Shown piece after piece: positions 18,164 to 25,711 of a stretch of 64,000 nucleotides of DNA. The translations under genes were made by a program, and so were the position numbers. The stretch spans positions 15,583 through 79,582 of the forward strand of contig JAUYPI010000015.1 of the NCBI GenBank assembly GCA_030697645.1, in the 5' to 3' direction. The DNA is from a bacterium (GTDB taxonomy: Bacteria > Patescibacteriota > Minisyncoccia > Phycocordibacterales > VMGT01). The number at the start of each line of letters is the position of its first letter. Position 1 is the first letter of the stretch. The notes under the pieces were generated by a model, which was given only the letters and a program-made list of their open reading frames with translations, did not search any database and had not been told where the DNA came from.

Positions 18164-19570
18164 TTGCTCTCGCCCGTGCAGTGGTTGACCTCTCGTTTGT
18201 TTTCGTCTATAAAACTGGAGATGACTTCCAGCTTAAAATACGTAGTCAAGACCGCTGCATTTCTCGCGGTGCCGTATGCTCTGACTGCTGCGATTATCTA
18301 TCTTGCGTTCTCAACGACCTATAGGCCGATTGAGGAATACAGGATTGTTCGGTTCGTCGTTGTCCTCTTCTTCGTGCCGGTAGTCTTGAAGTATGCGCTT
18401 CACCTACTTGTTGCACCGTTTTATCCCGTGGTCGAGTCCTCTCAGGCAAGACGATTACGATCCGCCATGCTGTCGGTGTCCGTGCTTATACCAGCGTATA
18501 ACGAAGAGGTTGGCATACAAACGACGCTGCGATCAGTGCTTGCCACCGCGTACCCACATCTCGAGATCATTGTCATCAACGATGGATCAACCGATCGCAC
18601 ACACCGCCTTGTCGTGGACTTTATTCGACACCAGAGGAAGACACAGTCGTCTCCAGCCACGATACGATACCGCCAGATAGTAAACGGCGGCAAGGCGCGC
18701 GCACTAAACGTCGGCCTATCCATGGCACACGGCGATATCGTCATTACGATTGACGCCGACAGTGTCATGGGCAAGGACGCCATAGTCAACATGGTGCGGC
18801 GCTTTACGCACTCGCGAGTGGCGTCTGTCGCCGGCAACGTTGCCATAGGCAACAAGCATGGTCTTCTCGGACTGGTTCAGCAGCTCGAATATCTCTACGG
18901 ATTTTATTTCAAGCGTGCGGATGCGCTTTTGAACGCAGTCTATATCGTCGGCGGCGCTGCAGCTGCGTATCGTCGGGATGTGATTGAGGCACTCGGCGGA
19001 TTCGACGAGCACACTATCACAGAAGATATCGAGCTTTCCACACGTCTGCAAGATCACGGCTATATGGTTCGCTACGCTGCAGACGCGTGTGTGCTGACCG
19101 AGGGGCCCGAAACGTTTTCCGGGCTCTGTCGGCAGCGATTGCGTTGGAAGTTTGGCCGGCTGGTGACGTTCTATAGATACCGCCACCTCTTTTTCAGCAC
19201 TGATCATCACCATAGTTTTTTCCTAAGCTTTGTGATTCTCCCGATGGCGCTGTTTGCGGAGTTTCTTCTCTTGCTCCAGGGCGCCCTGCTAACAATCTTT
19301 TATATCTATATAGTGCGCACGAACGACTTTATTCCACTCATGGTCGTGATTATACTGCTGACGTGTATCATTATCTGGCAAATTTTGTCGGATACCCAGT
19401 CGCGCTACCATCGGAATCTGTTTTTGCTCGCCCCAGTCGCGTGGTTCCTTTTTTATCTGCTAGATATCGTAGAATACCAGGCGTTGATTCGGAGCATGTG
19501 GAATCTCCACCGTCGACGGCGTCCTTTGTGGCAGAGATGGAATCGTGTCGGCGTTTTCAGCGCGACGTAA
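18164..19570 (+). CDS. Family 2 glycosyltransferase, membrane-embedded (PgaC / cellulose-synthase-like)
   Basis: GT2 motifs VLIPAYNEE, INDGSTDRT, D-x-D (TIDADS), and Q-x-x-RW (CRQRLRWKFG), flanked by N- and C-terminal TM helices. The likely start is ATG 18221. Confidence 0.75.
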   Translation: MLSPVQWLTSRLFSSIKLEMTSSLKYVVKTAAFLAVPYALTAAIIYLAFSTTYRPIEEYRIVRFVVVLFFVPVVLKYALHLLVAPFYPVVESSQARRLRSAMLSVSVLIPAYNEEVGIQTTLRSVLATAYPHLEIIVINDGSTDRTHRLVVDFIRHQRKTQSSPATIRYRQIVNGGKARALNVGLSMAHGDIVITIDADSVMGKDAIVNMVRRFTHSRVASVAGNVAIGNKHGLLGLVQQLEYLYGFYFKRADALLNAVYIVGGAAAAYRRDVIEALGGFDEHTITEDIELSTRLQDHGYMVRYAADACVLTEGPETFSGLCRQRLRWKFGRLVTFYRYRHLFFSTDHHHSFFLSFVILPMALFAEFLLLLQGALLTIFYIYIVRTNDFIPLMVVIILLTCIIIWQILSDTQSRYHRNLFLLAPVAWFLFYLLDIVEYQALIRSMWNLHRRRRPLWQRWNRVGVFSAT

Positions 19571-19783
19571 GCCCTTCTTCTTCCTGTGTGCGTGTCGCCG
19601 TCCTTGCACACCACAGGTTGTCGTGGTCACCCCAGCTGCATCGGCTATAGTGGCGAGCATGACATGCGCCCACCATGAGCGATCTTTACTACGTTAACCG
19701 CCCATGCGCATGACGCGCATGGGCGCCGCTCTGTCCGTTTTCTACATTGGCCAGTCTTTGCGTTCGAGCGCGCCCACGGTACA

Positions 19784-20404
19784 ATGATTCGTGGACTGTA
19801 TTGGGTATCCTACAAGGAGGTGAAAATGGCAAAGATCCAAAATAGAGTGATGCGCTCGGTCGTGGGCGCATTTTCTCATGGGGTCGGAAAATATAGCGAA
19901 GAAAAGGAGTGCGGCGAGGCGATACACTGGACTCGGAGTGGTGGAAGTATTGGCCGTGAAAGGCGTCGCGCCTACTACCGGCTGCTCGAGAATTATGCGC
20001 AGGATTACTGCCTCTGGGCGCGGGAGCATGTCGTCGTCCTGCTTCGAAAAAAGTTCGTATTTTACCAAATGCCGGGTGGGGTGACGGAGAGTAGCGGCTG
20101 TTTTGCCTCGGAGGCGGTTCAGGACTTTTGCGTGTTCGCTTGGAATGCGCTCGCTGGTTTGCGTCTTCTGTGCAACCCGCGTCGACTGCTCTCTATAGAC
20201 AAGAGCGTAGGAGCACGCATGCTCGAGCAGGCTCTTGCCGGCCTGAAGACGCTCTTTGAGCTCTGCCGACCGCTTCTCACCGGCGAGGCACTGCGACGTG
20301 TTTTTCGCAAATTTCGTCTCTGGTGGCACGAGTGGTGCGTACACGTGAGAGGCCTGCGCGAGCTCATCCGTATATACTGGCCTCCATCATCCTCCGGCTC
20401 GTGA
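19784..20404 (+). CDS. Hypothetical protein
   Basis: 206-aa ORF with a hairpin terminator after it (cccgcccgcgca-tttttt-gtgcgggcggg at 20412..20445). No recognisable domain. Confidence 0.35.
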   Translation: MIRGLYWVSYKEVKMAKIQNRVMRSVVGAFSHGVGKYSEEKECGEAIHWTRSGGSIGRERRRAYYRLLENYAQDYCLWAREHVVVLLRKKFVFYQMPGGVTESSGCFASEAVQDFCVFAWNALAGLRLLCNPRRLLSIDKSVGARMLEQALAGLKTLFELCRPLLTGEALRRVFRKFRLWWHEWCVHVRGLRELIRIYWPPSSSGS

Positions 20405-20553
20405 TAGTAAACCCGCCCGCGCATTTTTTGTGCGGGCGGGCAAACATTTGTGCACGACCGATTTTTCCTCCACTGGTTTAGGGTTGAGCATGTCTGGAGC
20501 GTGAACATCTTTGCCGAAAATACCACCGTCGCCCGCTCACTACAAAAGTGGCC

Positions 20554-20582
20554 TTGACCGCGCGCGGGGCTTCGGCTATAGT
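20554..20582 (+). promoter_or_regulatory. Candidate rRNA promoter (TTGACC-17 nt-TATAGT)
   Basis: Near-consensus sigma-70 -35 and -10 hexamers with a 17-nt spacer, about 180 nt upstream of the 16S 5' end. Confidence 0.4.
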
Positions 20583-20764
20583 AGCTAGGCGGTGTCTTCA
20601 AGGCATGCGCGCGAGAGTTCTTTGACAACAGAATAAGCATACACACAAGACAAAGCAAAAACAAAACGTCTATTCCTTAAAAAAACAGAGAGCAGAAGAA
20701 GTTGTTCCTTCTTTTGTTCCGTCCACAAATAGGGAGGTTGGAGATACTCCAACTTCTATAATTT

Positions 20765-20803
<39 letters not shown>

Positions 20804-20851
20804 GATAAGGCATGCAAGTCATACGGGCCGCACCTCATTGCATTCGGTGCG

Positions 20852-20990
20852 GAATTTTCAATTTTCAATTTTACAATTTTCAAATAATTTCCAATGATTA
20901 AATTTCCAATTTCCAAACACGACGTCGTCGGCGTTTGAAAATTGACCCATTGAAAATTTATTGAAAATTGAAAATTGATAATTGAAAATT
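20852..20990. repeat. Hairpin-array element (AATTTTCAAT family) inserted in the 16S V1 helix
   Basis: Same arm unit and core (caaacacgacgtcgtcggcgtt) as the pil intergenic copies. Flanked by hairpins ccgcacctcattgcattcggtgcgg and gccgcaccgagtgtggcgaggtgcggc. Confidence 0.8.
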
Positions 20991-21190
20991 CCGCCGCACC
21001 GAGTGTGGCGAGGTGCGGCTAGTGGCGAACGAGGCAGTAATACGCAGGAACGTACCCTGGAGACGGGCATAACCAGCCGAAAGGTTGGCTAATTCCCGAT
21101 GGTCCGAGCACATATTTTTGGAGAAAAACAAAAGGCGCATCCTGTACCTGTATAGATACTTTGGATGCGCCCTGCAACATTGAGCGGTTT

Positions 21191-21310
21191 CTAGAGGAAC
21201 AGGAAAGTAGCAATCATTACGGCGATGATACCGACTAAGACCCAAGACATCCAACGAAGCTGACTTGGGCCATAGTCTATTCTTCCGCTCTGTCCTCTCG
21301 CGATTTTCAT
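21191..21310 (-). CDS. Candidate 39-aa single-TM peptide antisense to the 16S V2 insertion
   Basis: aggaggTCGTCatg SD-ATG, then MKIARGQSGRIDYGPSQLRWMSWVLVGIIAVMIATFLFL. It is below the 60-aa cut-off of the ORF track. Coordinates are approximate to a few nt. Confidence 0.3.
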   Translation of the reverse strand: MKIARGQSGRIDYGPSQLRWMSWVLVGIIAVMIATFLFL

Positions 21311-22157
21311 GACGACCTCCTTTTTCGCTGAAGAAAGAAAAGCATAGGGGTCTATATATTGTCAAGTATCTTACTTGGCTTCCAAAAATATGTGCTCGGT
21401 AAAGGAGCAATCTGCTCCGGGAGCGGCCTGCGGGCTATCAGCTAGTTGGTGGGGTAACGGCCTACCAAGGCTCTGACGGCTAGGGGGGGTGAGAGCCCGA
21501 TCCCCGCCGATGACACTGCGACACGGGTCATACACCTACGGGTGGCAGCAGCCGAGAATATTCGACAATGGGCGAAAGCCTGATCGAGCGACGCCGCGTG
21601 GTGGATGAAGCACTTCGGTGCGTAAACACCTTTTATGAGGGAAGAAGTTCGCCGCACCTCATTGCATTCGGTGCGGACATTTCGATATATCGAAATTTCG
21701 AAATATCGAAATGTCCGCCGCACCGAGTGCAGCGAGGTGCGGCGGATTGACGGTACCTCATGAATAAGGGGCTCCTAATCACGTGCCAGCAGGAGCGGTA
21801 ATACGTGAGCCCCAAGCGTTATCCGGAATCACTGGGCGTAAAGGGTGTGTAGGCGGCCGCGTTAGTCCTCCGTTAAATCCCACGGCTCAACCGTGGAGCT
21901 GCGGAGGATACGGCGCGGCTTGAGGGCGCGAGAGGTGTGCGGAACTCACGGTGTAGGGGTGAAATCCGTTGATATCGTGGGGAACACCAAAAGCGAAGGC
22001 AGCACACTGGCGCGCCCCTGACGCTGAAACACGAAAGCGTGGGTAGCGAAGCAGATTAGATACCTGCGTAGTCCACGCCCTAAACTCTGTCCGCTAGCTT
22101 TTCGGAGTATCGACCCTCTGGGAGGCGAAGCTAACGCGTTAAGCGGACCGCCTGGGA

Positions 22158-22189
<32 letters not shown>

Positions 22190-22722
22190 AGACGGGGACC
22201 AGCACAAGCGGTGGATCATGTGGTTCAATTCGATGGTAAACGAAGAACCTCACCAGGGCTTGAAATCCAGATGAACTCGCCTCGAAAGGGGTGCGGCCTT
22301 CACAAGAGGCATCTGGACAGGTGCTGCATGGTTGTCGTCAGTTCGTGGCTTAAGTTGTTCCCTTTAGTGGGGTAACGAACGCAACCCCCGTCGCCTGTTA
22401 TACGTGTCAGGCGAGACTGCCCAGCCCAAAGTGCGGCTCACTTCGGTTCGCCGCAGAATCAAGAAGTATGAAGTATGAAGTATGGAAATGTACGAAGAAA
22501 AACCATAATTCATGATTCATAATTCTTGCTTCTGCATCGAGCGGAGCGAGATGCATTTCGGGCTGGGAGGAAGGCGGGGATGACGCCAAATCAGCATGGC
22601 CCTCTGACGCCCTGGGCTACACACGTGATACAATGGCCGGTACAACGGGTCGCGACGGGGTAACCCTGAGCCAATCCTTATAAAGCCGGCCTCAGTTCGG
22701 ATTGAGGTCTGCAACTCGACCT

Positions 22723-22757
<35 letters not shown>

Positions 22758-23610
22758 TATACTGCGGTGAATACGTTCTCTGGTCTTGTACTCACCGCCC
22801 GTCATGCTAAGGGAGCCGGGAATACCCGAAACCCCGCCCTTTGCTCGCGGAGCAAAGGGCGGGATATATCGAAATTTTGAAATATCGATATGTCCCGCCC
22901 TTTGTTCACTTCGTGAACAAAGGGCGGGGTTACGGTAAGCTCGGTGACAGGAGCAAAGTCGTTGAGACATACTGTCTTGTTGCGACCTATGTGAGCGATC
23001 ACATAGTAAAACCCAACTGATATCGGTGAACCCCAGCGTACACAATTCACAATTTCTAATTTCAATTTTGAATTAGTCATTGAGAATTCGTAGTTGCGCC
23101 AGCTGGGCAATACCGAGGGAAGCCCACTAGGAGCTAGTTTTTTAACTGGTAACTAGTTGCGGCCCCGTAGAGACTTCCTGCACTTTTCTAGAAGTAGAAG
23201 GCGCAGGGGATGGCGTTGAAAAATTCACGCTATAAAACGTTGGCCCCAGCCGTAAAGTTTCCTAAAGAAACATTACGGCTGGGTGAAGATATAGTCCGTG
23301 CCTCAATGTAAATTGAGGGTAACACATGAACAAGGCACCGGTAGCGGAAGCTGTTGGTGGAATCATTCCTAGATCCCGTCCCAAGGCGCGTAAAGCGCGC
23401 CATGTTTAAATATTTAAATGTTTAAACATGGCCAAAATTCGCTTTGCGAATTTTGGCGAGGACTGATCAGGTCGGTCCGAGGGTGGAAGTTTTTCTTCCA
23501 TTCCTCGGAATCATGCTGTGGCTGTCAGCTAAACCAGCTAGCGGAGTTAGATGCAAATTTAGCTTCCAACCGTGGACGGAACAAAAGAGGGAACAAAAAA
23601 CACTCAAAAA

Positions 23611-23640
23611 ACCGCTCAATCGAGCGGTTTTTTGCTTCGC
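23611..23640 (+). terminator. Intrinsic terminator after the 16S gene
   Basis: aaccgctcaatcgagcggtt hairpin plus a TTTTTT tail. There is no 23S or tRNA in the following 40 kb of window, so the rRNA operon looks unlinked. Confidence 0.6.
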
Positions 23641-23703
23641 AGCGAATAGCCGAAAGATTTTTATTGCACGTTAAAAAATCATGCTAGTCAAGTAGTATCT
23701 TGG

Positions 23704-23732
23704 TTGACAATCGTACATTCTCCTGTAAGCTA
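23704..23732 (+). promoter_or_regulatory. Candidate promoter (TTGACA-16 nt-TAAGCT) of duplicated unit 1
   Basis: Consensus -35 followed by a TAnnnT -10. It is duplicated almost exactly at 25489..25516 upstream of the paralogous gene. Confidence 0.4.
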
Positions 23733-23902
23733 TTGAAGTTGCCTAGATTTAGGCATCGAGATTAAACCTCTCTTTATATGGGAGGTTTTGTTTGTTCTTT
23801 GTTAACGGAAAGGAGGTGATGCCTATGTGGGTTTCGTGAGAGATACAAGGGTTTTTCCCGAGTTTTTCAACTGATGACAAACGGAAATGAAAGGGAAGAT
23901 TC

Positions 23903-25276
23903 ATGGTTTCGAAATTAAAGTTCTTGGTCGCAGTATTGCTGATGATTGGTCTTGGTCTGCCCATGTCTATGGTGGCAGCCCCGGCGCCAGATGCAGTGTC
24001 TGTCCTTATTTTGGACAGCACAGTAAGCGGAGGGGCTCTATCGCGTGAGGCAGTACTCGCTGCCGCGAACGGGTTCACAGTGGTAGTTGACAGCGCCGCG
24101 GCCTGGGGCGCGAGAACTATGGCTGAATTCGCGACCTTTAGGGCGATCATTCTCGGTGATGCGACGTGCACGGGCGTTGGCGCGGTGGCCGCCGCCGAAG
24201 CAAACAAGGCAGTGTGGGGGCCAGCGATAGATGGCAACGTGATTATCAACGGTACGGACCCGGTATTTCACCAGGGCCAAGGCGGGGATGCGCTTACCGA
24301 AGGCAGCATTAAGTTTGCGGCTGATGAGCCAACTAAGACAGGCGCCTACATCAGTCTGAGCTGCTATTATGCCGGTGCAGCCTCTGGCACACCCGCGCCT
24401 GTGTTGGATCCTTTTGGCAGTTTTACGGTCGTTGGTCAGGGTGGATGCCCCGCAGATTCGCACATCGTGGCAGTGCACCCGGCGCTTGCTGGGATTACTG
24501 ATGCCAGCCTGTCAAACTGGGGTTGTTCTACCCACAACGGGTTTGTGACGTATCCGGCGGACTTCCTCGTTCTTGCTATTTCCGAGGATATCCCTTCAAC
24601 CTATGTGGCGCCTGATGGATCGACTGGCGCCCCCTATATTCTCGCGCGTGGTGAGACGCTCTCGCCGATTCTGTGCGGGAACGGGATTCTGGAGATGACC
24701 GAGGAGTGCGACGACGGTAACGTTGTCAACGGAGATGGATGTTCTGCCCAGTGCAAGATTGAGGTCTATGTACCTGCGTGCGGGAACGGAATCCTTGATT
24801 CAGGCGAGCAGTGCGACGACGGAAACCTGCTGAATGGGGACGGATGTTCGGATGTCTGTAAGTTCGAGAACCAAGACCCCGATTGTAAGAGCGCGTATCC
24901 TGATCCGGCGACCCTTTGGCCACCGAATCATAAGTACGTGACCGTTTCTGTTCTCGGTGTCACGGATCCTGACGGCGATGCAGTCGTTGTCATGGTGAAC
25001 AGCGTGACGCAGGACGAGCCAGTAAATGGTCTCGGTGACGGCGACACCTCGCCCGATGCCGTGATTAATTCTGACGGTACAGTCAAGGTTCGCGCCGAAC
25101 GCTCCGGAACCCCAAAGGTACCAGGTGATGGACGAGTCTATCACATTGGTTTCATGGCGGAAGACGGCATGGGCGGCAAGTGCGCCGGGACTGTCTTAGT
25201 GTGCGTGCCCCACGACATGGGACAGGGCAGCGTCTGTGTAGACGGCGGACCGCTGTATGACTCGCTCATGCCGTAG
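23903..25276 (+). CDS. Secreted protein: signal peptide, N-terminal domain, two myxo-type cysteine-rich repeats, shared C-terminal domain
   Basis: Signal peptide MVSKLKFLVAVLLMIGLGLPMSMVAAPA. Two C-x-N-G-x-L-E/D-x-x-E-x-C-D-D-G-N-x-x-N-G-D-G-C-S repeats (TIGR02232-like; family from memory). A C-terminal ~130-aa domain (WPPNHK...VTDPDGD...GTPKVPGDGRVYH...VCVPHDMGQGSVCVDGGPLYDSLMP) is shared with 25712..27766. Confidence 0.6.
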   Translation: MVSKLKFLVAVLLMIGLGLPMSMVAAPAPDAVSVLILDSTVSGGALSREAVLAAANGFTVVVDSAAAWGARTMAEFATFRAIILGDATCTGVGAVAAAEANKAVWGPAIDGNVIINGTDPVFHQGQGGDALTEGSIKFAADEPTKTGAYISLSCYYAGAASGTPAPVLDPFGSFTVVGQGGCPADSHIVAVHPALAGITDASLSNWGCSTHNGFVTYPADFLVLAISEDIPSTYVAPDGSTGAPYILARGETLSPILCGNGILEMTEECDDGNVVNGDGCSAQCKIEVYVPACGNGILDSGEQCDDGNLLNGDGCSDVCKFENQDPDCKSAYPDPATLWPPNHKYVTVSVLGVTDPDGDAVVVMVNSVTQDEPVNGLGDGDTSPDAVINSDGTVKVRAERSGTPKVPGDGRVYHIGFMAEDGMGGKCAGTVLVCVPHDMGQGSVCVDGGPLYDSLMP

Positions 25277-25334
25277 TAGTTAACCCTCCTTCCGTAATTT
25301 TGTAAGGCCGCCTCATCCTCTGAGGCATGGCAAA

Positions 25335-25372
25335 CGGCCCGAGCTTATACCTTGCTCGGGCCGTTTCCTTTT
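25335..25372 (+). terminator. Intrinsic terminator of duplicated unit 1
   Basis: ggcccgagc-ttatacctt-gctcgggcc plus a T-rich tail. A near-identical copy lies at 27822..27860 after the paralog. Confidence 0.55.
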
Positions 25373-25488
25373 GTCCAATTGTCCAACGATTAAAAATCGC
25401 TCCGTTGAGCGGTTTTTTGCGTCGCGTTTAATCGAAGGAGGATTTTAATCGCACATTAAATAATCATAGCAGTCAAGTATTACTTGTG

Positions 25489-25516
25489 TTGACAAACGTA
25501 CATCCTCCTGTAAGCT
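25489..25516 (+). promoter_or_regulatory. Candidate promoter of duplicated unit 2
   Basis: Near-identical copy of 23704..23732 and its downstream structured leader (gttgcctag.tttaggcatcg...aacctctctttat.gggaggt.ttgtttgttctttgttaacggaaaggaggtg). Confidence 0.4.
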
Positions 25517-25711
25517 ATGGAAGTTGCCTAGTTTTAGGCATCGGTATCAAACCTCTCTTTATGGGAGGTCTTGTTTGTTCTTTGTTAACGGAAAGGAGGT
25601 GGTGCATTTGAGTGTCGCAGGTATCGCAGGACGATATTTTTTGCGAGAGGGACGGAGCGAATTGTTCACTCCGCCCGAGACGAATCCAGTCTACGGAAAA
25701 GGAACGATTGA

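Noticed and set aside
20751-20756. TATAAT hexamer 5 nt before the 16S 5' end as a promoter
   Set aside because: It is too close to the mature 5' end. It is more likely part of the leader or processing stem. The TTGACC-17-TATAGT promoter at 20554..20582 is a better candidate.
20958-21410. 150-aa minus-strand ORF inside the 16S gene
   Set aside because: It lies within rRNA and spans a hairpin-array element and a conserved rRNA block. It has no RBS and an odd composition. Only the separate 39-codon ORF with the AGGAGG SD was kept as a low-confidence candidate.
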